Source of the DNA: a virus
Length of the DNA stretch: 64,000 nt
Reading direction: 5' to 3' (one strand)
IMG/VR virus record: IMGVR_UViG_3300045988_183117
Coordinates: 51,641 to 115,640 of that record
In this document: piece after piece, positions 37,549 to 45,853 of the stretch
Position numbering within the stretch: the first letter of the stretch is position 1
Layout of the letters: each line of letters opens with the position of its first letter
The notes under the pieces: generated by a model
The model's input: the letters and a program-made list of their open reading frames with translations, nothing else
What the model was told of the DNA's origin: nothing
The model's database searches: none
Position numbers and translations under genes: made by a program

Positions 37549-38897
37549 TGAAAGGGGGCTTCGCAGTGAAAATCACTTCCAGCTATGCTGTGGAAATCAA
37601 AAAGCAGAAAATGTTCGACAATACTATAAAGATTTATCGCGAAGCCGTTTCTTTCTTGATTGATTGTTTTAACAAAGAATGGGATTCTATTCAAAAAGTA
37701 GAGGGTGCCAAATCTCGAAAGAGTTTTGCCGAGAAGTTAATTCATACTACAAAATACAGCACTGCTAAATATGATTTCGATGCCAAGTTTTATAAGTTCC
37801 CCAGTTACCTGCGCAGAGCAGCTATTCAAGCAGCACTCGGCTCTGTAAGCAGCTACTACAGTAGCCATAAGAACTGGGAAGCTAACGGCAAATTTGGCAA
37901 TGAGCCAAAACTCCAATGCGATAGATTCTGTTTCCCAACTTTCTATAAAACCGTTATGTTTTCTGAAAGCAACGAGCCCAACCAGTGCTACTTAAAGCTG
38001 TACAGTAAAAACGATTGGGTTTGGGTTCCTATCGCAATGCGTGCCACCGATGTCAAATACATCACGAAATACTGGTCACATTGCGAAAAGAGTGCTCCCT
38101 CCCTCGAAAAGAAGTACGGGAAGTATTTCCTACGCTTTGCCTTCGAGGAAGAGGTAAAACTCTCCGATACTGAAATTCAGGATAGGCGTATCTGCGCTGT
38201 AGACCTTGGTCTCAATACTGACGCTGTGTGTAGCATCATGACTGCCGATGGAACTGTCCTTGCAAGAAAATTTATCAATTTTGCAAGTGAAAAAGACCAT
38301 CTGTATCATGTGCTCAACCGTATTAAGCGTAAGCAAAGAGAACATGGGCCTAAGAGTGCTGCTGCTATGTGGCGTTACGTCAAAGCCTTGAATGATGATG
38401 TAGCGAAAAAAGTTGCCGCCGCCATTACTGAATTCGCAGTGCTTTATTCTGTAGATGTGATTGTTTTTGAACATTTGTCATTTACAGGCAAAAAGCACGG
38501 CGGCAGTAAAGCACAAAAGCTGACAATGTGGAAACGTAATTCCATACAGGATTATGTGACACAGAAGGCACACCGCTGCGGTATCCGGATTTCGCGTATC
38601 TGCGCTTGGGGCACAAGCAAACTCGCCTTTGATGGCAGTGGTGCTCTTGAGCGTGATGAAACCAATCGTGCCCTTGCAACGTTTGCAAGCGGCAAACAAT
38701 ACAACTGTGACCTAAGTGCGAGCTACAATATTGGCGCTCGCTACTTTGTCAGAGAGTTGCTAAAACCCTTGCCAGCGATGGTAAGGTCTCAGCTTTCGGC
38801 TAATGTTCCGGATGTTGAGCGTAGAATCCAAGTTACACTTGCCACGCTTAAAGTTCTGTATCCTGAGCTTAAAAAACTCAGTACACAGGCAGCGTAA
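37548..38897 (+). CDS. tnpB: IS605 OrfB/TnpB RNA-guided RuvC-like endonuclease
   Basis: RuvC-I is CAVDLGLNTD, RuvC-II is VFEHLSF, and CAWGTSKLAFDGSG ... CDLSASYNIGARYF gives the Zn-finger/RuvC-III region. Confidence 0.85.
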   Translation: MKGGFAVKITSSYAVEIKKQKMFDNTIKIYREAVSFLIDCFNKEWDSIQKVEGAKSRKSFAEKLIHTTKYSTAKYDFDAKFYKFPSYLRRAAIQAALGSVSSYYSSHKNWEANGKFGNEPKLQCDRFCFPTFYKTVMFSESNEPNQCYLKLYSKNDWVWVPIAMRATDVKYITKYWSHCEKSAPSLEKKYGKYFLRFAFEEEVKLSDTEIQDRRICAVDLGLNTDAVCSIMTADGTVLARKFINFASEKDHLYHVLNRIKRKQREHGPKSAAAMWRYVKALNDDVAKKVAAAITEFAVLYSVDVIVFEHLSFTGKKHGGSKAQKLTMWKRNSIQDYVTQKAHRCGIRISRICAWGTSKLAFDGSGALERDETNRALATFASGKQYNCDLSASYNIGARYFVRELLKPLPAMVRSQLSANVPDVERRIQVTLATLKVLYPELKKLSTQAA

Positions 38898-39045
38898 GAT
38901 GTACAGATGCTAACTGAGTTATTAGTTTTCTTGCGGTGATGGCTTCCGTCTGGACGCCTGAGCTGAGGGATTACCGTATCTTTCGTTAGAACGCCGCCAC
39001 CCATAAAAGGAGCGGGAAGCCCGCGACTTTAGTCGTGGGAGGATT
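38898..39045 (+). ncRNA. Putative TnpB omega-RNA (reRNA) scaffold at the IS right end; the guide would be the adjacent flank CACGGTATCGATGTCT
   Basis: Position and orientation immediately 3' of tnpB, ending at the inferred right-end boundary. The region is GC-rich and structured. Confidence 0.35.
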
Positions 39046-39582
39046 CACGGTATCGATGTCTTGCGGTTTCACTCCATAGATTTCCAGTCCTGCTTTATCC
39101 CACGAAACGACCTCGGTGGTTTTCACTCCTGGTCCAATTTCCGGGAACCAACTGGTATCTGCCGGGATTCCATTCAAGGACGAGCTGCTTGTGATAGCGC
39201 AAAGAGTTTTGTCATCCGTTTTATTTTGGAAATCAACGGTCCAGTAGTAGCCATAGCTGTCATCATAACCCACGTTCTGCAAGATGATGGTACAGGTATC
39301 GTTGTCGGCAATCGTCTGTGGCTGGAAACTCTCATCGAACTGGATGTCGGGTTCAGCCGTTGCATTATCGGCAGCACTACTTGCAGTACTCGTTGAAGAG
39401 TCGCTGGTGCTTTCCTCGGAGGATGCAGCATCAGATGTAGCTGCACTGCTGGCAGCAGCACTGGTAGTGTTAGAGCTGCTACAGGCGGCCAGGGAAAGTA
39501 CAAGCAAAGCCGAAAGTGCTAATGATACAACCTTTTTCATGATTTTCTCCTTTTTTCTTTGTATAAGGCTATTATACATCAA
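38986..39582 (-). pseudogene. N-terminal fragment (signal peptide/lipobox plus domain 1) of the IS-disrupted lipoprotein gene
   Basis: MKKVVSLALSALLVLSLAAC. Homologous to residues 1-200 of 39685..40779. Its last ~19 codons (NPPTTKVAGFPLLLWVAAF) are encoded by the IS right end. Confidence 0.55.
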
Positions 39583-39684
39583 AAGCGCTTCGGCATTTTA
39601 CTTTTCCAGAACGAAACCTTTACTTACAAAGTTGCAAACGAAGCCCGGGAAAGTTAATAATTTTAATCGCAGGAGGGCGTCAAA

Positions 39685-40779
39685 TTATTCCGATGTTGTC
39701 ACGGAATTTGTCTGAGGGTTAATAGTGAAAGTCTCATCTACATAGATGTCCCGAGTATTGAAATTGTTTATAACGATTGGCATCACCATTTCGGTGATAG
39801 AGGTGGGGTCTTTACCGTTGGCCTCATAAGTATCCAAATAATCGCGATAGTAGATGTCCATATAGACATTAGTATGTGCATCGATTCCCATTGTATCTGT
39901 TTCAGGGAAGCACTCAAAACCATTTATAGAGCCTCCGCTTCTAAAGGCAAACATGATTTCTTTATCTGTTTTGTTTTCGATGTAAGCTTTAGCCGTGTAA
40001 CCGTCCAGGCCATCGGGGTCAAATCCACAAATCATCAGAGTGCAAGCGTCATTGTCGGCCAGTACGAGGTCTGTGGGTTGGGTTTCATGCTTTGGCTCGG
40101 TTGCGTTTTCTTCCCCTTTTGGATAAACCACGAAATCGTCATCAACAAAGTCATGCCGTGGGATAACATCATAATCTAATTCGTTATAGACATCGAGATA
40201 AAAACTTACCGTATTGATATCCTGCGGATTGATGTTATAAATTTTAAGCCCGGAACTTTCCCAATGATGAATCTCCGTTTCCTCTTGACCAGGTTCAACA
40301 CTCGTAAGCCAAAGGCTCGCACCCACGCCATTCAATGTGCAGTCGCCAAACGAGTAACCGAGTTTTTTATCTGATGTCTTATTCTTGAAGTAAAGCTTCC
40401 AATAATAGCCGTAATCATCATCGTAGCCTACGCTCTGCAAGATAATGGTGCATTCTTCATTATCAACAAGTGTTTGTGCCTGGAAATCATTATCGTATGT
40501 AATTTTGGGTTCGGGGGACGGCGTAGGTAAATCGCTGCCTGTGCCGTTCCACACCCTTTCATATGTTTTGCCGTCTTCTGTAGTATATGTCTCTCCTACT
40601 TTAATCCCGTCAGGGCTGTAATTTTGCGTGCTATTGGAAGTGCTATTTGACGAAGCACTTGACGACGAAGCACTTGACTTGGATTCACTTGAGGCTGCAG
40701 CAGAACTATCTGCCTTGCCACAGGCAGCCAAAGACAGCATGAGTGCAGCGGATACTGCAATCGAAACGAGTTTTCTCAT
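39685..40779 (-). CDS. Intact two-domain Ser-rich lipoprotein; the intact paralog of the IS-disrupted gene
   Basis: MRKLVSIAVSAALMLSLAACG. RBS GTTAGGAGAGAT. Both halves match the split fragments. Confidence 0.65.
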   Translation of the reverse strand: MRKLVSIAVSAALMLSLAACGKADSSAAASSESKSSASSSSASSNSTSNSTQNYSPDGIKVGETYTTEDGKTYERVWNGTGSDLPTPSPEPKITYDNDFQAQTLVDNEECTIILQSVGYDDDYGYYWKLYFKNKTSDKKLGYSFGDCTLNGVGASLWLTSVEPGQEETEIHHWESSGLKIYNINPQDINTVSFYLDVYNELDYDVIPRHDFVDDDFVVYPKGEENATEPKHETQPTDLVLADNDACTLMICGFDPDGLDGYTAKAYIENKTDKEIMFAFRSGGSINGFECFPETDTMGIDAHTNVYMDIYYRDYLDTYEANGKDPTSITEMVMPIVINNFNTRDIYVDETFTINPQTNSVTTSE

Positions 40780-40833
40780 TGTTTTATCTCTCCTAACAAC
40801 AGGTGCTGTTTTTTAAGGCAACACTATTCTGGA

Positions 40834-41106
40834 TTAGTCGCTGCTCGCATCCTCTTCCGTCACGCTATCCCCCAGTAAGTCCTGATAATCGTCTGGATAG
40901 GTAGAAGTGCTGATGGTTTCTCCGGTATCGGCATCGATATAGTTGACCACAACACGCGGGTCCGATACGCCACTGTAATACTGGTATGCCGCGCCGCAAA
41001 AAGCGTAGGTGAGTGCTGACAAGCCGTCCCAGCTTCCCTCAAACGCCTCGCGGTCAACCTTTACTGTGAATTCGGTGGCATCGTCATTATATGGCAGCCT
41101 TTCTCT
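40834..41106 (-). other. Open frame with no ATG (TTG at 41022); possible gene remnant
   Basis: The frame is open to 41106 and out of frame with the upstream HipA-like gene. Confidence 0.2.
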
Positions 41107-41140
41107 TTAAGCTGCATTTCTGTTATTTGATATTTGCTTT

Positions 41141-42271
41141 TTATTGCTGTGCAGCTTCCAACAAGAATCTGGCCTTTTCCTGAACTGCATGTTCCAGCAT
41201 CTTGAGCCGCTCATCACCGAGATTATACCGACTATGCTTTTTGAACTTGAAAGTCAGCAAATGCCGCAGCTCCTGTTTCTGTTTTGGTCCCATAACATGA
41301 CAAGCGACTTCATCGAAGTTCGCATACAGAGCTGGAGCCAATGTCTTTTCCTGCTCGGAGAGATTGTTCAAGTCATCATCCATAACATAACAGTACAAAG
41401 ACAACCCATTATCGAAGATGGGCGCAGGCTTTAGCAATTGATTTGTGTGGTTATCTACCAGGAAGCCGAAGTTACCAAGATGTCGGTCCGTATTTCGAAT
41501 CACAGCATCCAGAACCAGCATATCTGCTAGGTCATCTTTCCAACCGTGAGCGTCATACCAGGCAACAATTTGGGAAATCTTGGAGGTTTCAATAAGCGTG
41601 GATGCCGGAACGAAGGAAATATCTTTGCTCGTGAACAGCTCACAGGTGGAGCAAAGCATTCCTTTCCACTTGGAAAGTCCATAAGAGATATGGTCAATTC
41701 CCATTGCCTCAGCTACCTGTGCGGCATAGAACTCAGAGTAGGGTTCTTTGCCAGTATTGGCAAAACCGCTTGTCCCGCCCTTGTAAAGCAGAACTTTACC
41801 GTCTTTTCTACGCCATGCTTTTGGTAGCATACCATTCGTTGTGAATTCAGGAGAAGACCGGAATCTCGATGCAGGAGAACTGCCGTAACCTGTAAAAGCA
41901 ATTTGCGATAGCACTTGACTGAATCGATTGTCGAAAAGGTTTACCTGCGCGAAAGTTTTTGGGTCATCCGGATAAGTGACCCAATAGCAATCGGTTAGGG
42001 AGAGTCCTTTGCAGATTTGTAGGATACCGATGAAATCATTCTCGCTCAAGCCATTTTTTGATAGGAAATTCTGAGCATAAGCTCTGTTTGCGGGAATCGT
42101 CCGGTGCCGCAGCCAACGGGTCAATGATTCGTTGGTGGGCTTCATACCAAGGGGGAGGTACGTCGCTTTATCTTTGTTTGTTGAGGTAATGGCAACGTCA
42201 ATACCGTCAATGGTTCGTTCGGCTGTAAAATGGAGCAGGATATCATCGAATTGTTTCAGCACCAAATCCAT
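41141..42271 (-). CDS. HipA-like Ser/Thr kinase (HipA_C-type catalytic motifs)
   Basis: VLDAVIRNTDRHLGNFGFLVD matches D.H..NF. APIFDNGLSL is the DxG-like motif. Start moved to MDLVLK with RBS GAAAGGAGGG. Own promoter TTGAGA-17-TATAAT with an extended -10. Confidence 0.65.
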   Translation of the reverse strand: MDLVLKQFDDILLHFTAERTIDGIDVAITSTNKDKATYLPLGMKPTNESLTRWLRHRTIPANRAYAQNFLSKNGLSENDFIGILQICKGLSLTDCYWVTYPDDPKTFAQVNLFDNRFSQVLSQIAFTGYGSSPASRFRSSPEFTTNGMLPKAWRRKDGKVLLYKGGTSGFANTGKEPYSEFYAAQVAEAMGIDHISYGLSKWKGMLCSTCELFTSKDISFVPASTLIETSKISQIVAWYDAHGWKDDLADMLVLDAVIRNTDRHLGNFGFLVDNHTNQLLKPAPIFDNGLSLYCYVMDDDLNNLSEQEKTLAPALYANFDEVACHVMGPKQKQELRHLLTFKFKKHSRYNLGDERLKMLEHAVQEKARFLLEAAQQ

Positions 42272-42306
42272 AAAGCGCCCTCCTTTCACAAATAATTTAT
42301 AGAAAT

Positions 42307-42335
42307 ATTATAGCATATAGCGCTGTTCCTCTCAA
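42307..42335 (-). promoter_or_regulatory. Promoter for the HipA-like gene (TTGAGA-17-TGcTATAAT)
   Basis: Read on the minus strand from 42290-42353. Confidence 0.5.
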
Positions 42336-42353
42336 TGTTTGTTTTAGCAGCAT

Positions 42354-43079
42354 TTATGCAACTTTGACCGTCTCAAATTCCCAGGTAACGGTATCCACGA
42401 TACAAAAAGCCTGTGACCCGTATGGGGTTCCGTCACGATAGGTCGAGAAAGTATCACAGGAAAGAACTCCGTCTTCCAAGTGTACTTCTTTGACTGGCGT
42501 ATGCCCCACCACTTGCAGATATTTGCCGCCGCGATACAAACGTTTTGCGTTTTGATTCGGAGACAGCTGCGGGCGATACCAAATGGGAGAGTCCGCTGCC
42601 CACATTGTCTCACAGCCCATCTGGTTGATAGCTTTGATAACCGCGAGAACATTTTTGCGGTTCTGTGGTGCTACCCGGAGTTGAACAAAGAGATTTGCAA
42701 GGCCGCCGTGCATGAAAAGTGTTTTGTCAATTTTGTGGATATATGCAAGCTGACTTTTCTTTGGCAAGGTATTTGTCAACTTTTTAATTTCTTGACACAC
42801 CAGCCCTCTTTTTTCCGGATGGTATCCGGTTTCCGGTTTTCCCCAGATGTAGCTCAGGTCATGGTTCCCGTAGCACCAGAGAGTATCTGGATGTTCCTTG
42901 GCAAACGCGATTGCGGTTTCATAGGTCTCCAGATACTGCGCATCATCATGTACCCCGAAATCATCTGCCAAGTCCATAAGGCAGACGGCCTTGTCCGCAA
43001 TGCCCTTCTTCACGATGGCATCTGCCTGCGCAAACATCCAGGGTTTCAAATGGCAATCTGGAATGACTAAGACCTTCAT
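42354..43079 (-). CDS. Calcineurin-like metallophosphoesterase (lambda-PPase-like Ser/Thr phosphatase)
   Basis: Motifs PDCH, GNHD, GGLANL and GHTP. Promoter A14 lies upstream. Confidence 0.75.
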   Translation of the reverse strand: MKVLVIPDCHLKPWMFAQADAIVKKGIADKAVCLMDLADDFGVHDDAQYLETYETAIAFAKEHPDTLWCYGNHDLSYIWGKPETGYHPEKRGLVCQEIKKLTNTLPKKSQLAYIHKIDKTLFMHGGLANLFVQLRVAPQNRKNVLAVIKAINQMGCETMWAADSPIWYRPQLSPNQNAKRLYRGGKYLQVVGHTPVKEVHLEDGVLSCDTFSTYRDGTPYGSQAFCIVDTVTWEFETVKVA

Positions 43080-43115
43080 GGCTCTTCACCTCTCTTTTTT
43101 GTGTTTACTATTTAG

Positions 43116-43143
43116 ATTATATACGATTCGCACCGAACGTCGA
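43116..43143 (-). promoter_or_regulatory. Family A promoter A14
   Basis: TCGACG-TTCGGTGCGAATCGTA-TATAAT, upstream of the metallophosphatase. Confidence 0.5.
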
Positions 43144-43422
43144 GAATTCCGTTCTGGAGAATCATTGTGTTCGGCCGCCATGGCATCGTGCTGCCGGGCC
43201 AAGCTGAGCCACGCCAAATAATGCTGAATCGGAATTCAGTGAAATTAAATTCAACGTTTTTGAGAATACAAGAAGAGCCCCCGCCAAAGAGCGGAGGCTT
43301 GTTTTTGTGCAGCAAAGCTCAAAGTCATAGGGGTATTTCTCCAAACGCCAGGAAATCTCCCTCATAGTTTGCATCGTGCCAGAAATTATTGAAATTATAG
43401 AGAATTTTTGCAAGCCCTAGTG

Positions 43423-43451
43423 TTTACAAGTGCAGTGTTTTAGCGTATAAT
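43423..43451 (+). promoter_or_regulatory. Promoter for the XRE-ImmA gene (TTTACA-17-TATAAT)
   Basis: Followed by RBS AGGAGG. Confidence 0.5.
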
Positions 43452-43477
43452 GTAAACAGCAGAAAGGAGGAAAGGCG

Positions 43478-44509
43478 ATGGATATCAGCAAAAACATCAC
43501 CTATTATCGTTCTCAAAAAGGCGTTACTCAGCAATGGTTGGCTGACGCAATCGATGTCAGTAAAATGAGCATTTCCCATTTTGAGAATGGTAAACGCCGT
43601 CCGGACATTGCAACCATCAAGAAAATTTGTAAAGCGCTGGATGTTACTCTTGGTAAATTCATGGCGTACAATGAGGGAGTTACTGTTTTTAATGGCTCTT
43701 TCCGTAAGTCGGACAATCTAGCCGCATCTCAGCAGGATGCTATCGTTGCTCAGATTCGCTACGCTGCACAGCGCTATTACGATGCCTGTTTGTGCGCCAA
43801 TACCGTTTGTGACGCCAACACTCTACCCAAAGAGAAAATTCCTGTTTTTGAGGACGCAAACCGGTCCGCTTCCTATATGCGCAGCGTTCTTGGCCTGGCT
43901 CCGACCGGGCCCGTTGGCAATCTTACCAGCGTACTCGAAAACAAGGGCATCTATGTCGTTCTGGTCGAACAGCGTGACATGGGTGTATCTACCAAGAACT
44001 TCTCGGGGTATAATGGACTCTCCAATAAGGGCTTCCCTATCATCGCTGTAAATGAAAGTATGGTCTATGGCCGTCAGCGCTTTACCCTTGCACATGAATT
44101 CGCACATTTGCTCTTTACCAATGCTACTGAGCGGCAGATTGACGATATTGCAGGACGGTTTTTATTGCCCAGCGAAGATTTGAAACGAGAAGTTGGTAGC
44201 AAACGACCGTTTATCAGTTTTAAGGAAATCGTGTATGTCCAGAATGAATATGGAGTTTCTGAGCAGTGCATTGTTTTTCGTGCAAGGCAGGAGGAAATCA
44301 TTAGTCAGCGCACTTATGATATTATCCTTAATGCCAAGGAATACCCACAAGATACTACCGATATCAGAGAACATCCTATTCGGTTGGAGCAAATTGTCTG
44401 TCGCGCTTATACTGATAATGAAATTAGCGTATCGAAGGCTGCTGAGCTGTTAAATGTCGATACCGTTAAAGCTGCAGCTGTTTGTGGGGCAGAAGGAGAA
44501 AGCGCATGA
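43478..44509 (+). CDS. XRE-family HTH fused to an ImmA/IrrE-type metallopeptidase domain
   Basis: QQWLADAIDVSKMSISHFENG is the HTH. HEFAHLLF is HExxH. RBS AGGAGG. Promoter TTTACA-17-TATAAT. Confidence 0.8.
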   Translation: MDISKNITYYRSQKGVTQQWLADAIDVSKMSISHFENGKRRPDIATIKKICKALDVTLGKFMAYNEGVTVFNGSFRKSDNLAASQQDAIVAQIRYAAQRYYDACLCANTVCDANTLPKEKIPVFEDANRSASYMRSVLGLAPTGPVGNLTSVLENKGIYVVLVEQRDMGVSTKNFSGYNGLSNKGFPIIAVNESMVYGRQRFTLAHEFAHLLFTNATERQIDDIAGRFLLPSEDLKREVGSKRPFISFKEIVYVQNEYGVSEQCIVFRARQEEIISQRTYDIILNAKEYPQDTTDIREHPIRLEQIVCRAYTDNEISVSKAAELLNVDTVKAAAVCGAEGESA

Positions 44510-44568
44510 CTCTGTTTGCCGACACAAATAAAATAGAATGGCCTCTGCCGTATTTGGCAGGGGCCTTT

Positions 44569-45099
44569 TCATCCGTATTTCCCAAGCGGTCGGGCCTGAA
44601 GCAAGGCACTCACATCGAAACTCGAAGCGTTGTACACCGTCACACCATGTTCCAGAGCGTATTTCACCGTATATGCCGTGCCGCCGGTAGTCCTTGTACA
44701 GTAGGAGATACAATAGGCAGAGCAATCTATTAAATGCCTGTCTCTTAGAAGGTATACTCCCCTGCTTGGCTCTTTTGCTATGTAGACTATCTTGTCCACC
44801 TGCTTATCTATCTTCTCTGCGTGCCGCTGCTGTTCCAAGCTCCATTTAGAACGGTATCCCTCAAAAGGCAAAACCTCAATAACGCGAATTCGGGGATGTG
44901 CTGCTTTCAACGAAACCAGCATATCCGCCATAAGAGTATCAAAACCTAAAGAACCGCCGATACCAAAGTAAGTGACTCCCTGCTGGATAAGTGGAATAAG
45001 CCGGTGTTCCACCCTGGCCAATATTTTGAGCTGCTCGCCCGGTGGGATATCCTTGTGCCCAACAAAGCAGCAGGTTTGCTCTCGGTATTTGCTATTCAC
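44569..45099 (-). CDS. YpsA/YoqJ-like SLOG-family protein (DUF1273-like), GTG start
   Basis: N-terminal CCFVGHKDIP resembles the YpsA T.GHRP motif. The size of 176 aa fits. AGGAGAAG lies upstream of GTG. Confidence 0.55.
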   Translation of the reverse strand: MNSKYREQTCCFVGHKDIPPGEQLKILARVEHRLIPLIQQGVTYFGIGGSLGFDTLMADMLVSLKAAHPRIRVIEVLPFEGYRSKWSLEQQRHAEKIDKQVDKIVYIAKEPSRGVYLLRDRHLIDCSAYCISYCTRTTGGTAYTVKYALEHGVTVYNASSFDVSALLQARPLGKYG

Positions 45100-45194
45100 C
45101 TTGTTTCTTCTCCTTTCGTTGCAAAATCACTTCGTCTGCTTGACACTGTTTGTGGTATAATTTTTACAACCAAAAAATGATGGAGGCTTTAGGT

Positions 45195-45584
45195 ATGCTT
45201 GAGCTTACGAAAGAGCAAATACAACAACTTGTAGATACTATCGAGAGCAAGCAAGACTGTCATTGCAGTGTTTCCAACAGTATGCGTACTATTTGGATTA
45301 CTTCTAGCGACGGGGAAAATGAGCTGCGTGTTGCTTTCCTTGGAAATTTTGCATTGGTTCTTTCTCGCGTTGAGTTTGCTCACAAACGTTGTGGTACGAT
45401 AACAGCGATACTTTTTGCCTTAAAGAAAATCTGCGAAGAAAACGGCGTACACCGCATTATTATCCAATCTGTGTTGACGCCCGAAATGGAGTCATTCTGC
45501 TGCAAATCTGGTTGCAAGCCCGACCCAAACTCGACCATGGAAGTTGGTGGAGTCTTGACGGGCGATTATTTCTTCGATTTTTAG
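45195..45584 (+). CDS. Hypothetical 129-aa protein
   Basis: RBS GATGGAGG upstream of MLELTKEQ. Extended -10 promoter TGgTATAAT. Confidence 0.5.
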   Translation: MLELTKEQIQQLVDTIESKQDCHCSVSNSMRTIWITSSDGENELRVAFLGNFALVLSRVEFAHKRCGTITAILFALKKICEENGVHRIIIQSVLTPEMESFCCKSGCKPDPNSTMEVGGVLTGDYFFDF

Positions 45585-45853
45585 CAGGGGTCTCCGGCTG
45601 CAGCATTTTCCTTTGCTTCCACGAACCACCTGTCCTCCTCAAAGAACAGATATGTTTTGGCTCTTCCTATCTGGCAGGTATAGCGAACTCCTACTCCGCC
45701 AGTTTTCGAGTATTTCCGGGGCAACACTTCCGAGATGCAGGTGATATCGAATCTCTGGCCCGTGTCCCAGATGACTGTCTGAGGCGTTAATATGCCTTCA
45801 GGAGAGAAATCGGCAATGACCTCGACATATTTCTTAATTCTTGGTTCTGACAT
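45581..45853 (-). CDS. Hypothetical 90-aa protein downstream of the Y-family polymerase
   Basis: ORF track entry. Overlaps the 3' end of the polymerase gene. Confidence 0.45.
   Translation of the reverse strand: MSEPRIKKYVEVIADFSPEGILTPQTVIWDTGQRFDITCISEVLPRKYSKTGGVGVRYTCQIGRAKTYLFFEEDRWFVEAKENAAAGDPC

Larger units (their letters stand above)
37037..39045 (+). mobile_element. IS200/IS605-family insertion sequence (tnpA plus tnpB) with subterminal hairpins
   Basis: tnpA and tnpB overlap (TGATG). A left-end hairpin AGCCGCC...GGCGGCT lies at ~37045-37085. The right boundary is placed at 39045 because homology to the 39685..40779 paralog resumes at CACGGTATCGATG. Confidence 0.7.

Noticed and set aside
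44506-44733. Plus-strand 75-aa ORF apparently coupled to the XRE-ImmA stop
   Set aside because: It is antisense to the SLOG/YpsA-like gene, which has a family motif. No conservation signal was seen.
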